Both the position numbers and the translations under genes were made by a program. The notes under the pieces were generated by a model. The model saw nothing but the letters and a program-made list of their open reading frames with translations, made no database searches and had not been told where the DNA came from. A DNA stretch of 64,000 bases from Lama guanicoe. Taxonomy: Eukaryota. The stretch is from contig MU053557.1 of the NCBI GenBank assembly GCA_013239625.1, positions 4,990,123 through 5,054,122 of the forward strand, written 5' to 3'. Positions 50,670 through 63,056 of the stretch are shown here, piece after piece (position 1 is the stretch's first letter; every line of letters begins with the position of its first letter).

Positions 50670-51778
50670 ACTGAAATGAGCACTCATACCCTACTGGTGC
50701 AGTGCAAATTGGTAGAGCTTTTTCAGAGAGTAGTTTGTAATATTTTCCAGAAATTTAAATGTGCTTACCCCTATATCCAGCAATTCCACTTCTGAGACTA
50801 TCCTCAAGAAATGCTTGCTCTGTGCACAAGGAGGTAAAACAAGAATGTGCATTGCTGTGCTGTTTGTACTGATAAAAAGTTGGAAACAGCCTAGATAGCC
50901 ATCAAGAGGGAGTGGTTAAACTGGGCTTCAGTTATGCTCTGGCATTCTATGTAGCATTTAAAAAAATCACAAAGATCTACATGTATATATGTATGTATAT
51001 ATGGGGAAAAGGCCAAGATATAGAACTAATTTTTATCTCAGAACAATATACTTGGTTAAATATACACAGGCACTACAATGAAATACTGCTTCACACCCAC
51101 TGGGATGGCTGTAATAAAAAAGACAGATAATGACAAAGTTTGGCAAGGCTGTGGAGAAGTTGGGATCCTCATACATTGCTGCTGGGAATGTAAAATGTTG
51201 CAGCTAGTTTGGAAAGCATTCTGACAGTTCTTCAAATGGTTAAACATAAAGTTGCCATCTGACCCAGCAATTCTACTCCTAGACAGATAACCAGGAGAAA
51301 TGGAAACATACGTTTACACAGAAACATGTACGCAAATGTTCATAGCAACATTATTCATAATAACCCCAAGGTGGAAACAACTGAAATGTTCGTAAGCTGA
51401 TGAATGGATAAATAAACTGTGGTATAGCCATACAATAAAATATTATTCTGCAACGAAAGGAACTGAAATACTAATAACATGCTAAAATATGGATTGACCT
51501 CGAAAACCTTATGCTAAGTCACAGAAGATGACATTTTATGATTCCATATAAATACCCAAAATAGGCAAATCAAGAGAAACAGAAAGTAGATCAGTGGTTG
51601 CCTAGAACTTGGAGGGATGACAACTAAGGAGTAAGGGGCTTACTGGAGAGTAATGACAGTGTTCTAAAATTGATTGTGCTACTGTGTGCACAGCTCTGTA
51701 AATACACTAAAAGCCATTTAATTGTACACTTAAAATGGATAAGTTGTATGGTATATGAATTATATCTCAGTAAAGCTC
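50670..51778 (+). mobile_element. Old L1 (L1ME/L1MB-type) 3' fragments
   Basis: CCAGCAATTCCACTTCT and ATGGATAAATAAACTGTGGTAT motifs; ends GTATATGAATTATATCTCAGTAAAGCT. Confidence 0.8.
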
Positions 51779-51794
51779 AAAACACACCCACACA

Positions 51795-52542
51795 GGGAAT
51801 GAAAATTGGTGCAGCCACTATGGAGGACAGTATGGAGTTTCCTTAAAAAACTAAAAATAGAGCTACCGTTTGATCCAGCAGTCCCACTCCTGGGAATATA
51901 TCCAGAGAAAACTGTAATTGAAAAGACACATGCACCCCAGTGTTCATAGCAGCACTATTTACAATAGCCAAGACATGGAAACAGCCTAAATGTCCATCCA
52001 CAGATGACTGGATAAAGAAGATGTGGTGTGTATACAACACACACACACACACGCGCACACACACGCACACACAATGGAATATTACTTAGCCATAAAAAAG
52101 AATGAAATAATGCCATTTGCAGCAACATGGATGGACCTAGAGATTATCATATGAAGTGAAGTAAGTTAGACAGAGAAAGACAAATATTACATGATATCAC
52201 TTATATGTGGAATCAAAGAAATCATACAAATTTTATTTACAGACCAAAAATAGACTCTGACATAGAAAACAAACTATGGTTACCAAAGGGGAAAGGGCAG
52301 GAGGGATAAATTAGGAGTTTAGGATTAACAGATACGTATTACTATATATAAAATAGATGAACAACAAGAATCTACTGTATAGCACAGGGAACTATATTCA
52401 ATTTTTTGTACTAACATATAAGGGGAAAGGATCTGAAAAAAATGTATGTGGATAACTGAATTGCTTTACTGTACACCTAAAACTAACATAGCAAATCAAC
52501 TACACTTCAATAAAAAATAAAATAAAATAAAGAAAAAGAAAA
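51795..52542 (+). mobile_element. Young 5'-truncated L1 containing a (CA)n insertion
   Basis: L1 ORF2 end and 3' UTR, A-rich tail; perfect 16-bp TSD AAAACACACCCACACA at 51779-51794 and 52543-52558. Confidence 0.92.
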
Positions 52543-53121
52543 AAAACACACCCACACAAATATGTAAAGGATTTTTCTATGAAACTTTTTTTTCACCTTT
52601 TAAAACCTTAAAGGGGAAAACATCTATTTTTTAAAATTTTTAAAATTTTAATTTAAAAATTTTTTGATTTTTTTCTCCTTTTTCAGTTTTATTAGGTAGA
52701 ATTATTACATTTTAACTGCACATACACATTATATTGCATGTAAATACGTATATACAGTATACTGCACTTTTTTTAGTTTACATAATATGTACTAATTACT
52801 GTTTCTAAGAACAGATTATATCTTTAGCTTTTTAAATTTACATAGTTATCAAAGGAATTTTATAATAGTAAGAGAAAACCTAAATACCGATCAGTAAGTG
52901 ATGGGCTAAGGAAATTATGGTAAATGTGCTATCATGAAATAAAATGCAATTATTATGCCAAAGGCAAAACTGAAGTTCTGTGTGAACTCATGTGGCATGA
53001 TCTTTAAGACATTATTCACAAAGTGTGAAAATCAAGATACAGAACAATGTGTCTAGCTTGCTCCCCTTATGTGAAAAAGAGAGGAAAGAATGTTGTGTGC
53101 TTGTTTTTTTGTGGGTGCATA

Positions 53122-53480
53122 GACTAGGGCCAGCAAACTTCAGTCCACAGGCCAAATCCAGCCTACTGCCTGCTTCGGTATAGCGAACAAGCCAAGAATG
53201 GTGTTTAGATTTTTTTTAATAGTTGAAAAACAATCAAAAGAATAATATATGTTTCATTACACATAAAAATGATATGAAATTCAGATTTTGATGTCCATAA
53301 ATGAAGTTTATTGGCATATAGCTGTGCTCATTAATTAGTATGTTGTCGATGGCTGCTTTCTGAAAACAATGGCAGAGCGTTGAGTAGTTGTGATGAGACT
53401 GTAAGTCCTCTTTGAGGCTTATGAGTCTAAAATATTTATGATTGGGCCCTTTCCAGACAAGGTTTGCTGACTCCTCGTCT
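53122..53480 (-). mobile_element. MER58B-like element
   Basis: Reverse orientation of the family at 45206; CAGCAAACT ... TTTGCTGACTCC ends. Confidence 0.75.
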
Positions 53481-54531
53481 AACTTATCTGCGAGGAAGCA
53501 CTGGGAACTGATGACCCGGTCTGGCTGCTCTGAGAGGGGATGGAGCAGCTGGGGAGTGGAGTAGGAGGGAGAATTCTCATGGTGTACCCTTTTGGACCTT
53601 TTTTTAAAAATATCATCAAAACAAAAGCTGTATGCTTTTGCAAGTGAATATACCAGGATGTACACGTGTAGAAAAATGTTTCAACAGATACACATCGAAT
53701 GTATAACTGAGGTTACTCTGAGGGAGTGGCTGGCTGGGGAGAGTGGATTCAGGTGGCCTCTGTAGTAAAGATATTTTTGAAATATTTTAGGAGGAGAATC
53801 ACTGCATGTGTAACTTGTGCAATTATTAATAAAGAACGCACAGTTTCTAGAGCTGTGTGTTTTGTAAGGTTGTGGGCTATGCACGGCGACTCACTGTAGC
53901 TTCTGGCACAGGGCGTGGCCCAGTCTAGGTACTAATCTGGTTAGTGAGTGAACACAAGTGTTGGGAGTGAAGGCACTCAGAGGACTGCATGGTTCAGAAG
54001 GTGCTCTGGTTGGGGCGGAGAATTGCCTGGGAAGAAGGGAGGGAGAAGGGCAAGAGTGTCAGGAACACCATCCTAATGCCCTCTCAGCCCAAGGCTGCCA
54101 GCTCCCCCTCGTCTTTGGGCGCTGTGGTTGAGGAGTCCTAGCCCCTGGAGGGCTAGAGGCATTTTGAAGTCTCCCACTCTCCTTCCCTGATAAGGGCCCC
54201 AAGTTTTTGTCCTTTACAGCCTCTCCTGAAGCACACTAGGGGGATCTAGCTAGGGGCTTGTACAAACCAGCTGAGCCTGATTCTTCCCAGAACTGCCTTT
54301 TCAGCAAACACCATCTGTGGTGTCGCCACTCTCTGTGGGGAAGGACTGCTCCCAGCTGCCATCCACTGCTGCTAGAACCCTCTGCCTGGGACCAAGCCTG
54401 TGGTGGCTGCAGCAGAACTATATGGATGCTCAGGTGCCCAAGTACTTGGCTCTGGAGATATCTGGCGGCAGGGGTGTCTCATGTGCACATGGACAACCTG
54501 AGGACACCTCTTGTACTTGTCCTCATTCCTT

Positions 54532-55003
54532 TGTGAAAGATGGCATGAGTGGAACCATTTAAAATAGAGCTGGCGTTCCAGGAAAACTGCCTTTCTCATC
54601 CTGTTTCCTATACCTCTGAACTGGACCAAACCACCAACATTCCAAGTCAGCAGAGAAACCAGAATGTCCTGTTGAGAGGACCGATCCGTGAACTTTTACC
54701 TGGTCAAGACTTCACCTGACCAGTGAAGTCCAAATCTAGCTTTACCTCATCTTTCATCAATGAACGCTTCACCTGATCAATTACCTCATTTTGCTCCAGT
54801 GAACCCCTCTTGAAAAACAGCTTACCTCATCTACCTCTGCTCTTCCCCATAAAACCCCTGAGGCCATTTCCTGTAATCGGCACACCATTTGGGTTTCTAC
54901 TCAAATCTGTGCACCCCAAATTGCAATTTTCTGATCCCAAATAAACGCTTCTTCTCTCAAACTGGATTCCTGTGGGTGTTTTTTTTATTTTCCCAGGTTG
55001 ACA
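54532..55003 (+). mobile_element. ERV1-like solo LTR (472 bp)
   Basis: TGTGAAAG ... GGTTGACA termini; TATA-like CATAAAA ~54848; AATAAA 54940-54945; near-TSD CCTT/CTTT. Confidence 0.75.
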
Positions 55004-55828
55004 CTTTAGTCCAGAATCAAGGCCCCTATTTTATTCGGGAATCCTTTATGATCAGTCAGTCGCTGTTTTGGAGTCCAGATTGAGACCATGATACAGTCCT
55101 GGCTAATCAGAACGCTCCATTTTGCTGGTCACAGTGAATGGTTCAGAGGTGGGCATGTGACCCAGGCCCAGCTAATGAATGTCAGCCTCAGGACTTTTGC
55201 TGGGGCTGTGGCTGTGTGTGCTGGTGCTGCCTCTGACCTGGGGTTGCTACATGCAGAGCTGCATTGGAGCTGCTGGTTGACTTTTCGCCATGGCAGAGAA
55301 CAAGCCTGCCCGGGAACAAAGCTAAGACAGAAGGAACTGGAGCCGAGAACTGGAGACTGGTTGATGCCATTGTTTAAATTGGATTCAGCTACTCCCTGCC
55401 CTTTTAGTTAAATGAACTCCCCCTGACCCCCAAATTTTTTTGTTGTTTTTTTGCTTAGGCTGGTTTGTAGTGGCAAGAATCGTGACTGCTACCCAGAGTT
55501 GTCGGAGCCAAGCTTCCTATCAGATTCTCTGAACATTTCCTGGAGATTTCATTTCCACCCTCTCTGCTGTGCACTTGGGGCCCTGTATCAGCCCTTTCTC
55601 AGCTGCCCCGAGGTGGTCTGCTTTTCCAGCCTGCTGGCTCTCACCCTTCTCTCAGAGTAACGTGTCTGAAGCACCTAGGCCTCCTCTCCTCCCTTCAGCG
55701 CCAGCCCACTCCTCTAGGTGTGTTTAATCCTAAATTCCAGCCCCCCGATTATCCAGGTCTGCTGTCTTAAGCCCTGTGCCCATTTATGACTAAATTGAAG
55801 TCTAAGACATGACCATTTTTTGTTCTTT

Positions 55829-55976
55829 TTTTAAACTGAAGTGTAGTCAGTTTACAACATTGTGTCAATTTCTGGTGTACAGCATAATGTTTCAGTCATA
55901 CGTACACATACATATATTCCTTTTCATGTTCTTTTTCATTATAGGCTACTACAAGATACTGAATATAGTTCCCTGT
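55829..55976 (-). mobile_element. Short L1 3' UTR insertion
   Basis: Perfect 15-bp TSD CATTTTTTGTTCTTT at 55814-55828 and 55977-55991. Confidence 0.88.
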
Positions 55977-58744
55977 CATTTTTTGTTCTTTAATCTTTAT
56001 CAAGCACTTCCTGTATGCCAGACTCTGTGCCAAGTGCGTTACATGCGTAACCTCATCTGTTCCTCTCAATAATTCTGTCGGGTAGGTTTTATGATTATTA
56101 TTCTCATTTTCAAGAGGAGGAAGCAGTGGCTTAGGGAGATGATGTAACTGACCTAAGGTTAAACAGAGCTGGGACTGAACCGTGGAGGCAACCGACCCCA
56201 GAGCCGGTGCTCTTGACCACCGCTCCTGTGCTTCCAAGCTGAGTGAGCAGCAGGCTCACTTAGGGCGCCGGTGCCCATTCCATGGCCGGCCTGCTCTGAG
56301 TGAGGACTGCGCACACCTGGGGTGGGATCCGGGCGGCTGCCTCTTTAACAAACGCGGAGAGGATGCAGATGCGCAGGTTCCCAGGACCTCAGAGTAGCCA
56401 TTGTACCCCCATCAAGGACTTTGGCCTTAGAAAGGACTTTAACATTCCTAGACCTATTTGTGCAGGAACTGAATTTCTGCCCTGGCTGAGAAATGATTAC
56501 GATGCAAGACAAACTTCTTTGCTGACAGAAGGAAAAGAGAGATCGGGGTATGTGGGATGAGCAATTCATGCCTGGGAAGAAAACAAACAAAAAAGAATAA
56601 CATCATGCCACTCTCCAGGGGTGAGGATAGGGGTGAAGGTATGGACTCTAAGAGGAAGCAGTGTAAGCCGGGGCCTGAGGGAAATTCAGATTTTATAGGC
56701 TTTCTTTACCTTTCCTTGTAAAGACATGGCTCTCACTGCCCTCCAAGGATGAAGTTCAAAGCCCAGCATGAGCTGGTTGTGTACTGTTGACACCTGACTT
56801 ATGGTTATGCTGTTCCATCTACCTAGAAGGCTCTTCCCTTTCCTTTCTTTGCTTAATGAACTTCTACTCATTCTTCAGGTCCCAGCACTGATAGTGCTTC
56901 CTATGGGAAGTCTTCCCTGACTACCAAATCTGGCTTAAGTGTCCCTTCCTCAGCGCTCTGTTAGTGCCCTATAAGACATCTTGACCTTACCCTTATATTG
57001 TATTTTATGTGTCTGATCCCTGAATAGACTGTGAGTTCCTGAAGGAAAGTCCATGACTATATTCTCTACTGTAATCTCAGCATCAGGCCCATAGTAACAA
57101 TCCATTGGATAAATAAATGAATGAAGGTGTCATGAAATCAAAACAGAAAGCCTGAGGCAGTTCCTTGCAGTGATCATTTTGACCACTAGCTATCAGGCCA
57201 CCATGACATCGCAGTTGGGATGGGCTGGGAGTGGAGGTAAAATTGAACCATGAGCAGATTGATGGTGTGAGGCAAGACTTCCTAGGGGCCTCCAGTTTTC
57301 TCTAGACTAATTGCTGGAAACCTTTCTGAGCCCTAAGTTTGTATGTATGGAATACTTCGCTAGGGTAACTGCCTTCCTCCAGAACCCCATCGCCATAAAG
57401 GGTTACATCTTCACACTACACATCAAATGCTTTCAAATTCTCTAAAGGTCTTTTGCATACCAAAGAGGTTTTTTGTTTTTGTTTTTGTTTTTTGGTTATT
57501 GTTATTGTTTTTGCCATTGATTGCTTAAAATGGTTTTATAAATTACTTTTTTTAAAATTACTGTTTGGAAAAAGAGGTGAACTTATCATTTTTAGAATCT
57601 GAGCTCCCACTAGGTCCAATCTTTTACTCTGTAGTTTATCCAAAGCTTCTGTTTTCTGGCTTAAGAAATAACAGGAATTTATACTTCTTTTACTCCTCCC
57701 TTCCATCACAAAGCCAAGTTGGCTTCTTTTTCAAGAATCTGTATTTCATAGAAAGTCAATGTTTTTTTACATTCCCTCCTGAGAATTCCAGGGTATATGA
57801 CATGTGACAACTACACTGTTGAAATGTGGCCGCTGGGCAGCAGGCTGGGCTTACTTACTGGCTGTTAATAGTTCAGTACACTAGCCTCCCAGCGCTATGA
57901 TTTAAATTTGGGTACAACAAAATGACACATCAGTACATGCCATGAGTGTTCTAGCTCACTCACAAATAATTAAAACCAAAAATTTAAATTGAGCAATGTC
58001 AAGAATTCAGAGTACCAAGCTGATGGCTAGCTAGTGTGCCCATAGCCCCCAGAAGTCCCACATTGTTACTATAATGTTTAGAATTAGAATGTTTTTCTCT
58101 GGAAAGTAACGTGAGCCTCAGTTTGGCAGAAATTTAGTCACTTGGAGTCACTTGGAATCAGGAATTCATGTTGGCCTAATGAGGTTAATTCTTGACTACC
58201 CTGTTGATGTTCACATGACTGTGTTAACCTCTCTGAGTCTTTGCTTTCTTATCTCTGCAGTGGAGGCGGCAAGACGGCCAGGCCGGGTCTGCAAGGTGGG
58301 GTGGGAGCCTCCTCTTTGTGCATATATTTGAGTTGGAGCTGGTTCCAGACCAGTGCAGCCTCTGAAGCAGTTACAAAGGCCTCTGGCAATCTTGCTTTGC
58401 TGGGCTCCTCAGCCCATGCCAGTCTCTGGCCATTACAACCTTCGTATTTGAACAGTTTGGGAATTATTTAGAAATAGCCTTATTTAAACTTCTCACAATC
58501 CAGCCAGTATGGCAGCCATAAAGATTGCTTTGTGGTTCCTTGAGCTGTTGATTGGAGGGTGTGGGAAACAAAAGCTGAGTTAGTCAAGGGCTTTGCCCTA
58601 GGATTGCCTAAAGTGGCACATAGGTAGTGGGGGCTGGGCTAGGGCCCAGGGCCCTGGGAGCCCAGCAGTGCCTTTGCCTCCCCTGAGCTATTTCCAAGTG
58701 CTTTGTGTGTGTGTGTGTGTTTGGAGGGGGTCAAAATGTAAAAT

Positions 58745-58856
58745 GTTTTGTTTTCTGTTTGGGGGAAGGTAATTTGGTATTTGTTTATTTTGATGGGGGT
58801 ACTGGGGGTTGAACCCAGGACCCTGGGCATGCTACCACTCAACTACACCTGTCCCC
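58745..58856 (-). mobile_element. tRNA-derived SINE (vic-1-like, internally deleted)
   Basis: GGTACTGGGGGTTGAACCCAGGACC...CTACCACTCAACTA; shares the GGTAATT tail of the other copies. Confidence 0.75.
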
Positions 58857-61800
58857 TGGAAGGGTCAGTATGAATCATTCAGTCACAGTCCTCTCTCAGT
58901 GAGAATGTCGTAGGAGCCAGCAAAATGGATTCAGTGCTGGGCTCGCCGTTACTGGCCAGGGGAGTGGGGACTAGAGGAAAAGAGACCCCGTCCCTGATCT
59001 CAGAGACCCTGTGGTCTAGTCAGGAATGCAGAATGTCGGAAACCGAAAAAGATAATAATATAAAGCAAGACTCTTTGTAACTCCAGTGTTAGCTGAGGTC
59101 GTGTGTCCTTTGAGATTAACACTGTTGGCTGGAGCCCTATTCCTCCTCGGTAGGAAGCCTGGTGCCCTCCTAAGGTTTCCACAAGTCCCCAGGGAAAGTC
59201 CCGCTGTCCTCCCTGTGTCCCCAGGCTCTGGGTTCCTGTTCTCTCTGAGGCTTTTTGATTCCAGGGTGACTGGAGCCATCTTTCCTCATTTGCCCCTCAA
59301 ACTGTCCCTCCAGGGATTTGAGTGCAGCCAACTTTGTCAATGTTGCTGACAAGGTGTGCAAGGGCAACTTAACAGCTGGCCAGCCCTGCACCCGGAGACC
59401 TCTTCCCTGGCCAACCCCCTGCACGGACCCTAGGACAGCGTTTGGATGCCTGGCCCATTGCCCCTAGAGTCCACTTTTCCACCCATGGGAACTCCCCGGG
59501 AATGCAGTTTCCCTCCCTGTATCACCAGGAGCAATGGATTCTCCACCTCCATGGATACCTATGTGCTTCCACATTCAAACTCATTAATGTGGCGCACTAA
59601 GGAAAGGCCAGCTCCCTTTTGAATTACGTACCATGTGCAAACTATTATTTATTTCCCAAAAAACCAAGTAACTTTTTGAAAGGGGCCTTCTTCTTAGGAT
59701 CTCACCTTTACTGCAAAGAGAAACCAAAAAAGCCTTTGATTTTAACCTGTGTCTCTCTTTCTCCCACCAGCCTCTCCAAGGAAGTAGTTGAGAGATTTAT
59801 TTTTCCACTGATAGGAATTATGCCTTCTCTCTTAAAAAACAGAAGTCATTACCATGAGTTTGAGTTTTAGAAGACATTGTTTTCTCACTCTGCTCCATTT
59901 ATAATGTGTCCCGTTTCTTCACTCAACAAACATGCTCTAGGGGTTCTACGGAAGGTGGATTCTGTCTGGACTAGAGCGATCAGGGCGGGCTTCATGGGAG
60001 AGGTGGGACTTGACCTGGAACGTCAGGGCTGGGAGAGGGAGAACTTAATTAGGTGAAGACCAAGGGCGGGGCAGGTAGAAAGTGGGAGTGGGGATTGACA
60101 GGTGCAGGGAATGAATAAACACCCTCATCCAGTCAACAAGTACTTCTGTGGCTCCACACAGTACCAGCCCTATGCTAGGTCTGGGCTAGAGCCACAAACA
60201 GCTACAGGTGATTCCAATAGAGAGTGAGCCATGGGAGAAACACAGGGTCATCAAAGGGGAGGGGTCTGCCCCAAGGGAGACCAGGCGTGGCTGCCAGGAG
60301 GGAGTGATGGTGACTCTGAGACAGGAGGATGGGTAACAGTGAGAAGCAGCGCTTCAAGCAGAGGGAACGTTGTTTAAGAAATTCCTAAGTCACGAAGACC
60401 TCCGACCTGGTGAGATCTAGAGCTGGGGGAGGGAAGGTGAGTGAGGCTGGGGAGGTGTGTGGTCAGGATAGGGCAGGTGGGCTGTGGGGGAGGAAGGACG
60501 TCATCCTGAGGACAGTGGGAGACACGGAGGTGTTTTTAGCAGAGAAGCAGCATGATCAGTCTGGACTTTATGATGCACCTGGGCTGGGCTGGTGGGCAGA
60601 TTGAAGCGGGAGGAATAGGAAGCAGAAGGAGGGCTTGGAAAGGGATTGCAGCAACACAGAGGAGCTCTGCCTCCTGGCTAGGGCAGGGGGTGTGGTAGGT
60701 GCTAGGTGCTAGGACACCAGTGGGCAGGGATGGTGCCTGGGACCGACCTCACAGTTGGGACGCAGAGGAAGAGGGATCTTGCAAAGGATGGCCTCCAAGA
60801 CAGGTCGGGTGGCTGTGGGGGTGATGCCAAGGCAAGGGAGCTGCCTCTCTTCTCCAAGAAGGGGTGCTGCACCACAGGTTTCCCCAGGAGCAAGACAGGA
60901 GTTTGATGTCCAAGATGGGCACAGCAGAGTGTTGATTTGCTCACAGAGCGAGAAAGTTCATCACTTTCTCATTCCTCCCTCAGCCTCCCAGGAGAGAGCC
61001 TCAGCTGGGAGCTAGCCTGTCTCCAATACCTCTGACACTTGCTACCCTCCCTCTTCTACAAAGAGCCTGCCTCAGGCTCAATGCCTGCAGCAGGCCACAG
61101 TGTCTAGCGGGGACTTGCTAACCTCTCCTTGCATTTATTTTTATGACTGCCTTCCATTTACGGTAAGTGAAATCAGATTTCTGGTTAGAGCAGTGATAAT
61201 CAAGTTTTGTTTTTAAACAAAGGCATTTAGACTAAGGGGAAGAAACAGGCCACCTTGAAAAATGTATTAATCATGGTATAGATGTTAGAGGGATTTCGCA
61301 CAAGTCAGAGGGAGGACTTTGACAGAATGGGGAACACTGCGATGGTAAAAACAGCACTGGGTTTAGAGTCACGCAATCATGCGTAAGTAGCATCCAGCAA
61401 ATGACCTGCCCCACTTCTGAAAGTGGGGATGAGAGCCTCTGTCCTCCTCCGGCAGGTCTCCTGTGGACTGGTTGATGTCATGGAGAGGAAAAGGGCCCCA
61501 GGACTCTGCAGTGCCGGCCAGTGAGGGGTGGCTCCTGGGACCGTCCTTGTGTCAGGCTCAGGACAGTTGATCTCCACCCTGGTCTTCCCAGTGGGTCTCG
61601 GCTGTGAAGGTAGGAGTTAAAGGTGTAGGATGAGATTAGTGTGGTTTTCTTCCCAGGACCTTTTAGGCTCCTCAAAGAAATTAAGCCTGAAAAACAAATC
61701 TCCCCAAAATAAAGCATTTAAGATAAGTTGTCCAAAGTCTAGGTAGACTTGGCTTTCCCAAAGTGATGTCTAAAAGTCAAGCCATAGGGAAGTTTTGAAT

Positions 61801-63056
61801 GTAAAGCTGTGCCCAGTGTGGGCTCAGTACAGTTTCTGGGCACAGAGGGCAGGGTGACCAGACCGTGGGGTCAAGGGGAAACGGCTCCTCCGAGACCCAT
61901 GAATTGCCACTGTTGCAAGACTGAGAACTCCACGCCCCCTCGCTTGGGGCTTCCTCTTAAAACTTTCAGTCTTGGTAGTAGGTGTGCTCCTGCCCACTCC
62001 CCAGGCCTGGGTGGTGGCCGGGAGCTTGACCAGGCACTGGCAGTGCCAGACCGAAAGACGGGGGATTTCCTTCAGAGCACAGATACAGTCCTGCAATTCA
62101 GTCCATCTCCTTTTCCCTTGTTGACTGTCAGTCATCGCCCACTAGAAGGTACCCCAAATGAGGGCAGAGCTGTGTTCCCTCCTGAGCTCCCAATGCCTGT
62201 GACAGGGTCTTGCACTGCATTCGGGCGTGTTAAAGGAGCAAGGGGACAAGAAGGGCCAGAAATGTGATCCTCCTCTGCTTCCTCACAAGGTTCCAGGCAG
62301 GTTAGTTGGAGCATGACTGAGAAATGTGGAGTTGGGAGGGAATTAGAAATCAGCTTTTTCTTGCCTCTGTGACTTCATCCTCTATAAAAGGGATTAAAGG
62401 AAGAATCCTTTCAAAATGAAGTTTAGAGAATTAAAACTTGCTCTGAGATAAAAACTCTAAAGCAATATTTAAGGAGCATTGGTGTGTTTCCAACAGCTAC
62501 CTAAGTCACAAAATTGTTCCTGTTGCGGTAGGGTCTGGAAAGAAGAGGGTTGCATGCGTTTCCGTGGGATAATGCGGCTGGAGGGGGATAGTCTGCCCCA
62601 ATTCACTCTGAGGATGTAACCTGGTTAAATGAAGAGGGCTGACTGAGCCTAATTTTCATGCCAAACCATCCACCACTTTGCTCTCCACCTGGATTTAAAC
62701 CCCGGTTCAGCTACTTGGTAGCCATGGGACTTTACGCAAGCCACTTTGCTTCTTTGAACTTTGTTTTCTCATCTGTAGAATGGACGTAATAATAGTACCT
62801 CTGTCATGGGACTGTGATAAGGATTAAATGAATGAATGCATGTAGAGTCCTCAGGACAGTGGCTCCCACATAGTAGATGCTCAATAAACATCAGCTTTAT
62901 TTCAGATTCCTAGACTCTAAAAGCATTATAAACCATTCTGAAAGAAAACATGTGATTTACAGTCACTAGAAAATAAAATGTACACACTATGATGAGATAA
63001 GTTTCAAGAGAAGTGTGTTGTCATCAGTGACTAGAGATTTTTCTTCCTACACAGTC

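Noticed and set aside
45206..53480. Inverted MER58B pair as the ends of one composite transposon
   Set aside because: Each copy has its own termini, they are substantially diverged, and no shared TSD or transposase lies between them
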